Below are positions 54,781 through 63,877 of a stretch of DNA of 64,000 nt, one piece after another. Position 1 is the stretch's first letter. Each line of letters starts with the position of its first letter. The translations under genes and the position numbers were made by a program. The stretch covers positions 11,367 to 75,366 of the IMG/VR virus record IMGVR_UViG_3300037467_001904; one strand, written 5' to 3'. The DNA comes from a virus. Its lineage: Duplodnaviria > Caudoviricetes. The notes under the pieces are model-generated. The model searched no databases. It was not told the origin of the DNA and saw nothing but the letters and a program-made list of their open reading frames with translations.

Positions 54781-54999
54781 ATGGCACACAACGCTTCGCT
54801 TTCCCAGATGGTCACCGCTGCCGTCTCCGCTTGCGGCACAACGGCGGAACTCGCGCGCCGGATTGGTGTGACGCGGCAAGCCATCCGCCAATGGAAGAAA
54901 ATTCCGATCGACAAGGTCGTCAGTGTTGAGGGCGCCACGGGCATTCCACGCGAAGTCCTTCGCCCTGACATCTTCCGCGGCGGGGAGCGCGCAGCATGA
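54781..54999 (+). CDS. cro: Cro-like repressor
   Basis: GTTAELARRIGVTRQAIRQWKKIP...VEGATGIPREVLRPDIF; divergent from cI. Confidence 0.85.
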   Translation: MAHNASLSQMVTAAVSACGTTAELARRIGVTRQAIRQWKKIPIDKVVSVEGATGIPREVLRPDIFRGGERAA

Positions 55000-55396
55000 T
55001 CTGGGCCGCCGTCATCCTCTATTTTCCCGTCGCGATGCTCGGCGCTTGCGCCCTCGGCAATCTGCTGAAGGAGCGCAACTGATGCGCGAACCGTTCATCC
55101 CCGACGATCCCGGCATCGATCCCGATTTCGACATGCTCGCTGAACCGCTCACCGGCGGCAACCGCGTGGTCGCGCTGATCGCCGTGATCTTCATCGGCCT
55201 CGTTATCGCCGGCCTCATCGGTCTCGCCACTCGGTGGCTTTCATGATTTCTCCCGTCGCAAATCCTCCCCTCTGCGACGGCTCTAGCCGGGTCCGCTCAG
55301 CGGCCCGGCCTTTTCCATTCGCTCTGGCGCCTTCCGCCAAGTCGTCGCCTGAGCATCGCCGTCTTCCGAACCGTCTCCTTCGCCTGAGCAAACGCT

Positions 55397-55855
55397 GTGT
55401 TCCTGTCGAGATCAGTTCTCGCACAGGAGCTTTGCAAGGTGTCGGACAAGAGAACCAAGAGCGCGGCTTTTTCGTCCGCGCCCACGGCACAGGTCAGTGA
55501 AATGAGTGCAGCTGCGGAAGCTCGCTTTCTTATCCAGGAAATAGCCGGTCCCCAATCGGTGGGCGGCAAGATCAAGTCTGCCCTTGATCGTGTCCATCGC
55601 CTCACCGGCCTCCCCTATCGCCGTGTCCGCGGCCTTTGGAGCGGAGAAGCCCGCGCAATCCTTTCAGAGGAAATGGATGCCTTGCGCCGAGCCGCCGCCG
55701 GCCGCGCCAAAATCAACGAGGAAACAGCCCGTGACGAACTCGCCGAACTCAGGTCCCGGATGGCCCGCCTCGAAAGCCTCTTGGCTGCGCGGCTTCCGGA
55801 CATGGTTGGCACTGAAGCTGATCGCCGGGGGGCTTCGAACCTCAGCGGCAGCTGA
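55397..55855 (+). CDS. CII-position DNA-binding protein (start uncertain)
   Basis: KSALDRVHRLTGLPYRRVRGLWSGEAR...EEMDALRR. Confidence 0.55.
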   Translation: MFLSRSVLAQELCKVSDKRTKSAAFSSAPTAQVSEMSAAAEARFLIQEIAGPQSVGGKIKSALDRVHRLTGLPYRRVRGLWSGEARAILSEEMDALRRAAAGRAKINEETARDELAELRSRMARLESLLAARLPDMVGTEADRRGASNLSGS

Positions 55856-55919
55856 ACACCTGGCGCTGCGTATCGCGCCCTGGATCGAGACTGAAACCCC
55901 AGAGCAATAGGAGAGCCCC

Positions 55920-56420
55920 ATGGCCCGCGGGCGGAAGAAGAAAGAGAAAGTCGAGCGCGTCATTAAGATCAAGAAGTCGGAGTTCCGAGCTGCGATCAAT
56001 GAGGCCTCTCGGCTGAAGGAGCAGTCCTCGAGCTACAGCGGATTCCACGGCCGCCACGTCAAGACTTTCGTCGAGCGTACCGGCTTCAGCCGCCAGGCCT
56101 TTGCCGTGATCTCCAAGATGGAGAAGCTCGGTGACGACCTGAAGCGCCAGTCCCTGATGGACGAGATCATCATGGGCTTCGAGCTCATGGGATATAACGA
56201 TCAGGGCACCCTTTTCGGTCGCGTTTCCGCCAAGCTCGAGAACGATGTCGAAGATGACGATAGCGAAGGCAATGATGAGCCTGAAGCCGAAGGCCTGAAG
56301 CAGGACGGCCTGCCACTCGACGAGGCAAGGGAGAAGTTCGAGGCCGCACGCAAGGCCAATCCTCCGAAGTCTGACGCTCTCTCCGCCCTCGCCGGCGAAG
56401 AACCCGCCACGGCGCACTGA
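55920..56420 (+). CDS. Hypothetical protein with a basic N-terminus and acidic tail
   Basis: RBS aggag; MARGRKKKEK. Confidence 0.6.
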   Translation: MARGRKKKEKVERVIKIKKSEFRAAINEASRLKEQSSSYSGFHGRHVKTFVERTGFSRQAFAVISKMEKLGDDLKRQSLMDEIIMGFELMGYNDQGTLFGRVSAKLENDVEDDDSEGNDEPEAEGLKQDGLPLDEAREKFEAARKANPPKSDALSALAGEEPATAH

Positions 56421-56428
56421 GGTCGGAC

Positions 56429-56974
56429 ATGGCGGTGCCCTCTATCCTTGCGATCGATTTCAGCAAATCGCGGACCGGGGTCTGTTTCGGCAGGCCTGGT
56501 CAGCGGCCCACATTGTCCTCGAAGTCCTTCGCGAAGTGGGAGGGCGCCACCCTCGATGAAGCGGCTGCTGGTGTTATCCAGTGGCTGCCAGAGGTCTTGT
56601 CCGTCTACAAGCCGGATCTCATAGCCCTCGAAGCCGCGCTGCCCCCGATCGCAAGCCGAGATCAGATCTCCGCGCGCCTCGCCTTGGGCGCCGACTTCAT
56701 GATCAAGGGCGCGGCCAAGATCCGCGGCATCCGCTGTTTCGAGATCCACGGCAATACCTGGAAGTCCGCAATCCTCGGTTCCGGCAATCTGCCGTCCTCA
56801 CAGGCCAAGAAGAAATCTCTCCAACTCTGCCGCGGCATGGGCCTGGAGCCCAAGGACGACAACGAGGCCGACGCCTACGCGATCTGGCTCTACGCCGGCA
56901 TCCACATCGCAAAATTCAACGACGCCGATGCCTTGGCCGCAATCGCCAAGCTGCAATGGAAGCTTGTCGCATGA
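56429..56974 (+). CDS. RuvC-like Holliday junction resolvase
   Basis: ILAIDFSKSRTG, IALEAA, DDNEADAYAIW acidic motifs. Confidence 0.8.
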   Translation: MAVPSILAIDFSKSRTGVCFGRPGQRPTLSSKSFAKWEGATLDEAAAGVIQWLPEVLSVYKPDLIALEAALPPIASRDQISARLALGADFMIKGAAKIRGIRCFEIHGNTWKSAILGSGNLPSSQAKKKSLQLCRGMGLEPKDDNEADAYAIWLYAGIHIAKFNDADALAAIAKLQWKLVA

Positions 56975-57507
56975 GCACCTATCCGAAATCCCAGGTGAAC
57001 ATTTCGCTCGACGGCCGCGTCTATGCCGGCCTCCAGAAGCTGGCCAAGACCGCCGGCATGACGACGACCGGCTATGCAACCCAGCTGTTCAGCGCGGCCT
57101 ATGCCGCTCGGCACATGCCGACCGGCGACCACGCGCTCGACGAAGCAGTTGCCCGGATGTCGAAACCGGCAGCGGTGGCGACGACAGATCCCACCTCAGC
57201 TGAGGTCATTGCCCGGCTTCAGGCCCAGATCACCGATCTCCGCGCCAAGCTGACCGAAATGGCGAAGAAGCCAGTTATCTGCCAGCAGCCGCCCGCTCCG
57301 GCTGACGAAGCTCTCAAGGCCGAGATCCGATCGTTGTCGGATCGCCTGGTTGCCGCCGCCAGTCACGAACTCCAACTCGGCACCGCGTGCGACGAAATCA
57401 AGCGTCTCAGGGCCGAGCTCAAGCGACGTCCCACCGCTCCCATCCCTGACACCGTGCTCGGCCGCTTCCTGCTCGCCTGGAACGCCGAACTGAGGACCGC
57501 CGCATGA
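56971..57507 (+). CDS. Hypothetical protein (RHH-like N-terminus, coiled coil)
   Basis: QVNISLDGRVYAGLQKLAKTAGMTTTGYATQLF; ATGA coupling. Confidence 0.55.
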   Translation: MSTYPKSQVNISLDGRVYAGLQKLAKTAGMTTTGYATQLFSAAYAARHMPTGDHALDEAVARMSKPAAVATTDPTSAEVIARLQAQITDLRAKLTEMAKKPVICQQPPAPADEALKAEIRSLSDRLVAAASHELQLGTACDEIKRLRAELKRRPTAPIPDTVLGRFLLAWNAELRTAA

Positions 57508-57663
57508 ACGACGAACAGATCAAGGAAGCCGCCATGTTGTGGCTGCGCAACAAGAACACTGCCGAGATCGCACAAGCGCTCTTCATGTTCGAGAGCGATG
57601 TCGAGCGGCATCTCAATGAAATCAAGGCAGAGGCCCACCTGATCGCAGCGAGGGCAGCCTGAC

Positions 57664-58197
57664 ATGTTCAACTGGGATGAGACGGCTATCGACAATCTGA
57701 AACGCCTTCGTTTGGAAGGGCAGAGTGCCAGCGAGATCGCTGCGGCCCTCGGCACGACGCGCAATGCGGTTTGCGGAAAGGCACATCGCCTGGGCATCCC
57801 ATTCGCTCCTCCGAAGAAGTTTGGCCAGGCCGGAGGGACACCACAAGCGGCGCGCGCGGCGGCAACGGCCAGATCGGCAGGATCCCGTAAGCCTGAGATC
57901 ACGTTGGCCCCTGCCAAACCGAAGCCCCTCGTGCTGAGCGAGCCCGAGAAGGTCGCAGTCTGGATAGCGCCGCCGCCGTCTGCACCGCGCTCGGCGGGTT
58001 TCGGACCGCGCACGATCCTGGACCTGGGCCGCCGGCATTGCCGTTTCCCGCTGTTCAAGGGCCACGAGCCCATCGACCAGAAATTCTACTGCGGAGAGCC
58101 GAAGTTCGATGGCTCGTATTGCAAGCATCACGCCTCGCTGTGCGCCGGCGATGGAACGCCGGCCGAGCGCCGCGCCCATCTGGAGGTAGCGGCATGA
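57664..58197 (+). CDS. gcrA: GcrA-like cell-cycle regulator homologue
   Basis: WDETAIDNLKRLRLEGQSASEIAAALGTTRNAVCGKAHRLG; TILDL...CRFPL...FYCG...SYCKHH. Confidence 0.85.
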   Translation: MFNWDETAIDNLKRLRLEGQSASEIAAALGTTRNAVCGKAHRLGIPFAPPKKFGQAGGTPQAARAAATARSAGSRKPEITLAPAKPKPLVLSEPEKVAVWIAPPPSAPRSAGFGPRTILDLGRRHCRFPLFKGHEPIDQKFYCGEPKFDGSYCKHHASLCAGDGTPAERRAHLEVAA

Positions 58198-58457
58198 AAG
58201 AGCCCGCCCAAGTCCTCGCTGAGATGGAGGCGGCTGAAAAGGTCGTACTGGTTGATCCCGATTGCCCGTATCCAGCCGAGATCGGCTTCATCCGATCCTG
58301 TTTCGACTATCAGCGCCTCGCCGGCGCTCTGATCTACGAGCTCAACCGAGCCGCTGCGTCCGGGATGATCTCGCGGGAAGCACTGATTTTGGTCAACCGG
58401 CTGCAGCAACGCACACCGGAGGGATGCCTCGCTCCTTTGGATGGAGGCTGCGCGTGA
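58194..58457 (+). CDS. Hypothetical protein
   Basis: Coupled between gcrA and the MT-A70 gene. Confidence 0.5.
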   Translation: MKEPAQVLAEMEAAEKVVLVDPDCPYPAEIGFIRSCFDYQRLAGALIYELNRAAASGMISREALILVNRLQQRTPEGCLAPLDGGCA

Positions 58458-59053
58458 CAGCAGCGTGGCCTTTCGGTGCCTTGCAAGCAGGGAAGTATCG
58501 GGTGATCTATGCCGACCCGCCCTGGAAGTTCTCGGCCGGCCCGAACAAGAACCCCAGCCGGCACTATCCGACGATGCCGATCCGCGACATCGCTGCGCTG
58601 CCGGTCAAGGAGCTTGCGCACCCTGAGGGATGTCGACTCCTGATGTGGGTGACGCTGCCTATTCTGCTGCTACCGTTCGGGCCCCGCGAAGTGCTGAAGG
58701 CCTGGGGCTTCAAATACTCGACCTCCCGCGTCTGGGCGAAGCTCTATCCCCGAGAGGATGGTCTCTTCATCTACCAAGGATCCGTCTCCCGCGGTCCCGG
58801 CTATGAATCGACCGGCGATGCTGAGCTGCTGGTGATCGCCAAGCGCGGCCGCGTCCAGCCGATCAAGGGCGGGAAGCCCCGCGGCCTCTTCTACGGCCAG
58901 CGTCGTGAGCATTCGCGCAAGCCCGACCATATCCGCGACGAGATTTGCACCCTGTTCGATGGCCCCCGTTGTGAGCTGTTTGCGCGCTCCTCGGCGCCGG
59001 GCTTCGATAGCTTCGGGAACCAGGCGACCAAATTCGACGAGGTGGCGGCATGA
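58454..59053 (+). CDS. MT-A70-family N6-adenine methyltransferase
   Basis: YRVIYADPPWKF, HYPTM, WGFKY, RREHSRKPD, CELFAR. Confidence 0.9.
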   Translation: MTAAWPFGALQAGKYRVIYADPPWKFSAGPNKNPSRHYPTMPIRDIAALPVKELAHPEGCRLLMWVTLPILLLPFGPREVLKAWGFKYSTSRVWAKLYPREDGLFIYQGSVSRGPGYESTGDAELLVIAKRGRVQPIKGGKPRGLFYGQRREHSRKPDHIRDEICTLFDGPRCELFARSSAPGFDSFGNQATKFDEVAA

Positions 59054-59259
59054 GTGCGGTCCCCCTGTCTCGCCAGATCTATTCCCTCGATCGCCTGATC
59101 AAGCTCGGCGCCCAGGCGCTGCGCAAGGAAGGCGCCCGGCCGTCCGAGGTCGACATGATCATCGCTGACGCCGGTGCCGCCAAGGCGACGCTCGAGGCGA
59201 TTATGCCGGTCCAGGACGAAATGCGGGAGCTCATCCGCGCTCGGCGAGGTCAGGCATGA
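59050..59259 (+). CDS. Small hypothetical protein
   Basis: ATGA coupling on both sides. Confidence 0.55.
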   Translation: MSAVPLSRQIYSLDRLIKLGAQALRKEGARPSEVDMIIADAGAAKATLEAIMPVQDEMRELIRARRGQA

Positions 59260-60668
59260 ACGCGATGGCCCCGCTTCCGTCACGCCCGATTGCGTCTGTC
59301 GAAGCCGAACAGGCGATGCTCGGCGCGATTATGCTGAACAACGAGGCCTATGGTGCTGTTGCTGATGTCGTGAAGCCGGAAGACTTCTTCGTTCCTCTTC
59401 ACAGCACGATCTTCGACCTCATCGGCCGTCAGATCCGCGACGGGATGAAGGTCGACGCGATCACGCTGCGCCAGGCCCTACCCGACATAGAGATCGCCCC
59501 TGGCATCCGGACCCAGCAATATCTGATCCGCCTCGCCACCGAAGCGACGACGGTAATCGGCGCCAAGGACTATGCCCGGGCTGTCAGGGAGGCTTTTGTC
59601 GCCCGCCAGATCGCAGCCATCGGCGAGGATCTGCGCGCCGCGCCCGACAACGCCAAGACAACCGGGGAAGCCCTGGACGAGGCCTGGAAGCGCCTCGACA
59701 GGCTCCGCGAAGACGCCCAAGAGAGCGAGGATAAATCGGCCACCGTCGGCGAGGCCGCCCAGAAGGTTGCCAGGCGCATCACTGAGATCAAGGCTGGCAA
59801 GTTCGAGTCCGTGGTCAGCACCGGCCTCGCCGAGTACGACAAGGCGATCGGCGGTGGTTTCAGGGCCGGTCGTCTCTACGTTCAGGCCGGGCGACCCGGG
59901 CAAGGCAAGACGGTTCTTGCCCTCGCCCAGGCCCGCCGCATCGCTCGCGCCGGTCACGGTGTCATGTTCTTCAGCTTAGAGATCGACGACGAGGAAACCG
60001 CGGCGCGTGTCATCGCGGCTGAACTTGCTCGCTCCACGAGCCCGCTGACCTATCGCGACATCCTCACCGGCCAGGTCGACGATCACAGTCACGAGCGCGT
60101 CGCAGAGGCCGCGCTGCGCATGCAGGAATGGCCGCTTCGCTTCGACTGTACCGGTGGCGTGTCCATGGCCCAGATCGCGGCCAGGGCCCGGCTCCAGAAG
60201 GAGCGTCTCGCTAAGGTCGGCAAGGAGCTCAAGGTCGTCTTCATCGACTATCTCGGCCTCCTCAAGGTCACAGATCGTTACAAGGGCAACGCCACGATCG
60301 AACAAGGCGAACTCGCCCTCGCCGGCAAGACAATGGCCAAGGAGCTCGGCGTCGCGATGGTGATGCTGGCCCAGCTCAACCGCGGCGTCGAAGGGCGCGA
60401 GGATAAACGACCGACGATGGCAGATCTCCGCCAATCCGGGAACATCGAAGAGCACGCCGATTGCGTCGGGCTGCTCTACCGGCCGGCCTACTACCTGGAG
60501 AAGACGGCCAAATACAAAGCCAACGACCAGGACGCCGTCGATGAGATGGCCGCCATCAAGCACGACTTCGAACTGATCATCGACAAGAACCGCCTCGGCC
60601 CGACCGGGACCCGCCATTTCTGGTGCGACGTCTCGCTGAACTCGGTCGAGGACAAGACGAGGTACTGA
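59256..60668 (+). CDS. dnaB: DnaB-like replicative helicase
   Basis: SVEAEQAMLGAI, AGRPGQGKT, FFSLE, FIDYLGL, LAQLNRGVEGREDKRPTMADLRQSGNIEEHAD. Confidence 0.95.
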   Translation: MNAMAPLPSRPIASVEAEQAMLGAIMLNNEAYGAVADVVKPEDFFVPLHSTIFDLIGRQIRDGMKVDAITLRQALPDIEIAPGIRTQQYLIRLATEATTVIGAKDYARAVREAFVARQIAAIGEDLRAAPDNAKTTGEALDEAWKRLDRLREDAQESEDKSATVGEAAQKVARRITEIKAGKFESVVSTGLAEYDKAIGGGFRAGRLYVQAGRPGQGKTVLALAQARRIARAGHGVMFFSLEIDDEETAARVIAAELARSTSPLTYRDILTGQVDDHSHERVAEAALRMQEWPLRFDCTGGVSMAQIAARARLQKERLAKVGKELKVVFIDYLGLLKVTDRYKGNATIEQGELALAGKTMAKELGVAMVMLAQLNRGVEGREDKRPTMADLRQSGNIEEHADCVGLLYRPAYYLEKTAKYKANDQDAVDEMAAIKHDFELIIDKNRLGPTGTRHFWCDVSLNSVEDKTRY

Positions 60669-61762
60669 TGACCGACCTTCCCCCTCCTCTTGTTCCGGTA
60701 GATGTCGACCTCCGCGACTTTGCGTTCATGCCCCTGGACGTCGTGCGCCTTCGCGACAGCGACATTGCAGCTTTGGCGACCGGTGATGAATTCCGGGCCG
60801 CCGTGATGCTCTGGTGCGCCTCCTGGCATCAGGAACCAGCGGCCAGCCTGCCGAATGACGAGATCGTTCTCTCGCGCCTGGCGGGCTACGGAAGGGTCGT
60901 CAAGGAATGGCGTACGGTCAGACAGGGCGCGCTTCGGGGCTGGGTGCTTTGCAGCGACAATCGGCTGTACCATCCCGTCATCGCCGAAAAGGCCAATGAA
61001 GCATGGCGATCGAAGCAGCGTCACGCATGGTCGAAGGAATGCGATCGCCTGCGGAAAGAGAACAAGCGCCGCTCGGAAAACAGCCAGACGCAGCTCGGAA
61101 TTCCGACGCTTGAGGAATGGATTTCCGCAGGAAGTGGTGGAGAATTCCGAAAGAACCCCGCGATCGTTCCAACGGAACATCCCAACAATTCCGGCGGAAA
61201 CGATAATTGTTCCGACGGAAATCCAGCGGAAAATGCTCTTAAGGGACAGGGACAGGGACAGGGAGAAGATAATAGGGATGCTTCGCATCCTCCGCGTACG
61301 CGCTCGACCGCCTCCGACGACGGGTGGCCTGTCGACTGTTTCGACCAGTGGTACCGGATCTTTCCCAAACATGTTGGCAAGGCTGACGCCCTGAGGTCGT
61401 TCGAACGATTGAGGAAGTCGAGGCAGGTCACCTGGCCCGATCTGCTCGATGCGACTGAGCAGTTTGCCCACAAAATCCGGCGCAATCCGCCCGAAGACCC
61501 GAAATTCATCCCACATCCAGCGACATGGCTGAACAAAGGCCGCTGGTCCGATGAGCCTGATCCGCCAACCTCTCTTTTTGCCGCCCCCCGCCAAGGAAAC
61601 CGCCCCCATGACCGAGCAAGCGCACTCAATGCAGCCTTCGATGACCTCGAGCATCGCCACGCTGGAGCGTCGGATCCTCGCTCTGCGGGACGGGGATCCG
61701 ATGTACTCCTTGAAGATTTCGGACGAGGACCTTTGTCGGATCGTCGAGGCGAATTTCGCTGA
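60668..61762 (+). CDS. Second replication initiator (DUF1376-like)
   Basis: VDLRDFAFMPLDVVRLRDS...LWCASWHQEPAASLPND; FDQWYRIFPKHVGKADA...FIPHPATWLNKGRWSD. Confidence 0.85.
   Translation: MTDLPPPLVPVDVDLRDFAFMPLDVVRLRDSDIAALATGDEFRAAVMLWCASWHQEPAASLPNDEIVLSRLAGYGRVVKEWRTVRQGALRGWVLCSDNRLYHPVIAEKANEAWRSKQRHAWSKECDRLRKENKRRSENSQTQLGIPTLEEWISAGSGGEFRKNPAIVPTEHPNNSGGNDNCSDGNPAENALKGQGQGQGEDNRDASHPPRTRSTASDDGWPVDCFDQWYRIFPKHVGKADALRSFERLRKSRQVTWPDLLDATEQFAHKIRRNPPEDPKFIPHPATWLNKGRWSDEPDPPTSLFAAPRQGNRPHDRASALNAAFDDLEHRHAGASDPRSAGRGSDVLLEDFGRGPLSDRRGEFR
61101..61231. repeat. Iteron-like repeats (probable origin) inside the initiator gene
   Basis: TTCC-N3-GGAA-like units at 61101, 61123, 61145, 61167, 61189, 61210 and 61221; mostly 22-bp spacing. 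Confidence 0.75.
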
Positions 61763-62159
61763 CCTCCAGATGCCATCACCGCCTGATGCCATAGCGCTCG
61801 CCAGGACGTTGATGGGGGCATTTCGGGCCTCAGACTACCAAGACCCGAAGGTGTTCTCTGGTCTGCTCTGCGAGCTCTTCCTAGCCTACCCCCTCGCACA
61901 TGGCCAAGCCGTCATCTCCCCGGTCGACGGACTGCCCTCGCGTCTCAAGTTCGCGCCGGCACTCTCCGAAGTCAGGGAAGCGCTCCAGGCCCTGTCCGAC
62001 CAGCGCCGAAAGCTAGCAGGACGAGCCGCCAGCGAGATCAAGGCGAGGGAGCGCGAACGGGCTGAACGGGAACGTGATGCCAAGTTCGAAGCCGAGCGAG
62101 AAGCCAATCGCCGGAACCATGAAGCCCAGGAATCCACCAAGTCTGGAGCCGCAGCATGA
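61608..62159 (+). CDS. Hypothetical protein, possible helicase loader
   Basis: Follows the initiator; GLPSRLKFAPALSEVREA. Confidence 0.55.
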   Translation: MTEQAHSMQPSMTSSIATLERRILALRDGDPMYSLKISDEDLCRIVEANFADLQMPSPPDAIALARTLMGAFRASDYQDPKVFSGLLCELFLAYPLAHGQAVISPVDGLPSRLKFAPALSEVREALQALSDQRRKLAGRAASEIKARERERAERERDAKFEAEREANRRNHEAQESTKSGAAA

Positions 62160-62548
62160 CCGCCGCCAACAAATCCGCCCCCGCTGACCTCGCAAAGTAT
62201 ACGGGTGAAAAAATAGAAAACATGAGCATTTCGGAGTTCCGAGGCTTCGTTCTCTACCTCTCGAAGACCGAGGGAATGAGCCAGCGCGAGATCGCAGCCA
62301 TCACCGGCCGCACCAACCAGGCGATCGGGCGCATCCTGAAACGCATGGAGGCAGCACCCGGGCGCCGCGGCGCAACACGCATCATCAGCGGCCGGTCTCA
62401 TCATCGGATCGCGAAGAAGTTCGCCGAAATGGCCCAGGCCAGCAACCGCAGCGTCGGCAGTTATCACGACCTCTGGATGCGGGCGATCACCGAGGATCCG
62501 GTCGGGGCGACGAGGTTCCTGGGCAAGATGGCGAAGGGGGCGCGGTGA
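62156..62548 (+). CDS. HTH protein, paralogue of 2876-3214
   Basis: MSQREIAAITGRTNQAIGRILKR; GRRGATR; RFLGKMA. Confidence 0.7.
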   Translation: MTAANKSAPADLAKYTGEKIENMSISEFRGFVLYLSKTEGMSQREIAAITGRTNQAIGRILKRMEAAPGRRGATRIISGRSHHRIAKKFAEMAQASNRSVGSYHDLWMRAITEDPVGATRFLGKMAKGAR

Positions 62549-62553
62549 TGGCG

Positions 62554-62742
62554 CTACTCGGCTTCGGGCTTCGGCTTACCGGACGCTGCGAGCTCTCGTT
62601 CCCGGCGCTCGACCTCCTTCTCGACGACTTCCCGTATGAATTCGGCGCGACGGTTCTTCCCAGCAACAGCGTCGATCCGCTCGGCCATGCCCTTCGGCAG
62701 CCGAACGGGAATCATCTGCAGATTGAGCGGCGGCCGTCCCAT
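62554..62742 (-). CDS. Ribbon-helix-helix (CopG/Arc-like) regulator
   Basis: MGRPP...IPVRLPKGMAERIDAVAGKNRRAEFIREVVE. Confidence 0.75.
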   Translation of the reverse strand: MGRPPLNLQMIPVRLPKGMAERIDAVAGKNRRAEFIREVVEKEVERRERELAASGKPKPEAE

Positions 62743-62755
62743 TCGCCGGCCACTA

Positions 62756-62838
62756 TCCGATATCGTAAATTCCGTCAAATAGGCCTCCATAAGCGATATC
62801 GCTTATTGACAGCCAAGCTTATAACCGATATCGCTTAT
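62756..62838. promoter_or_regulatory. Three CGATATCG-centred operator-like sites in a divergent promoter region
   Basis: Perfect 18-bp palindrome ataagcgatatcgcttat 62789-62806 plus partial copies near 62758 and 62825; TTGACA at 62806-11. Confidence 0.65.
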
Positions 62839-62874
62839 CCCATCAACCCGGCACAAGCCAGATGGGAAAGCGAG

Positions 62875-63072
62875 ATGAAGGTCACGGCACAATTCGATAA
62901 CGCCAAGCACGCTGTCTCCCTTGAATACGATCGCAAGCTGATGGGCGTGCGCTACGCCACCAACGCTGAGCACGTCGCCGAATTCTACATGCGCAAGCGT
63001 GCCGAGTTCTCGCAGATGCGCCACGTGGTCGGGTCTGACCGCCATTACGACGCGGTCGTTTCTGACGCCTGA
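62875..63072 (+). CDS. Small hypothetical protein
   Basis: First gene after the divergent promoter. Confidence 0.5.
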   Translation: MKVTAQFDNAKHAVSLEYDRKLMGVRYATNAEHVAEFYMRKRAEFSQMRHVVGSDRHYDAVVSDA

Positions 63073-63296
63073 CCTCCCTCGCTGAAGCCCCCTTCACGCG
63101 CTCTTGGATGGCGAAAATGTCCCCTCCCGCATCACCCGCCACGCTGCTCACGGTCTTTGCGATCTGCGCGATGGCCTACCTCTCCGCTCTCGGCATCGGC
63201 GCGTTCTGCCAGGGATTGCTGCGATGAGCGTCCAACCCTTCCCCCAATCCTCGTCCCTAAAGCGCAAGCTCTCGGGCGAGATCGTGAGGCGCTGAG

Positions 63297-63509
63297 ATGA
63301 TGAAAGTCTCCACTGAAATTGAGGCGGAAGACGTTGCTGACGAAATGCGACGTGATCCTAAGTTTGGAATGGATGTGCTGGCGTATCTCGCGGAGAAAAC
63401 AGACCCGTTTTACTTCGAACGAGACGGATGCGTTCCAGGTATCTTCCACATGAACACAGCCTCCTTCCTCAGGAAGCTGGCAGATATGATTGATGGAGGT
63501 CAGCCATGA
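63297..63509 (+). CDS. Small hypothetical protein
   Basis: RBS gagg; ATGA coupling to the next gene. Confidence 0.5.
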   Translation: MMKVSTEIEAEDVADEMRRDPKFGMDVLAYLAEKTDPFYFERDGCVPGIFHMNTASFLRKLADMIDGGQP

Positions 63510-63877
63510 CCTCCCCCATTCCCCCCGCAGAAGCCAAGAACGCAGGACTAGCGTCGGAAGGTGGCGATATGACCCCCCTCGAAATCCTCAAGGCTGCACG
63601 CGAGCTGATCTCTGTTCCTGAGCGGTGGACGCAGGGCGGTTCGGCCAGGGACAGGGATGGCATATGCGTTAAATCAGCAAGCGCCTATGCAGTTTGTTGG
63701 TGTGCGGCGGGTGCCGTCTACAAGACCGGCTGCAATGATGACGCCTCCTTGCGCGCCCTGCGTTTCCTGGACGCTGTTTCCGGCTCAACTATCGAGCCTT
63801 TCAACGACAGCCACACCCACGCCGAGGTCCTGGCCGCCTTCGACCGCGCCATCGCAGCAGCGGAGGGCGGACGATGA
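63506..63877 (+). CDS. Phage hypothetical protein (DUF6197-like)
   Basis: LKAARELI...WTQG...CWCAAGA...FND...HAEVLAAFDRAI. Confidence 0.65.
   Translation: MTSPIPPAEAKNAGLASEGGDMTPLEILKAARELISVPERWTQGGSARDRDGICVKSASAYAVCWCAAGAVYKTGCNDDASLRALRFLDAVSGSTIEPFNDSHTHAEVLAAFDRAIAAAEGGR

Noticed and set aside
55920-56420. GapR-like nucleoid protein call
   Set aside because: Only a vague resemblance in size and charge; no motif I can confirm.
60491-61792. 433-aa minus-strand ORF
   Set aside because: Shadow of the initiator gene.
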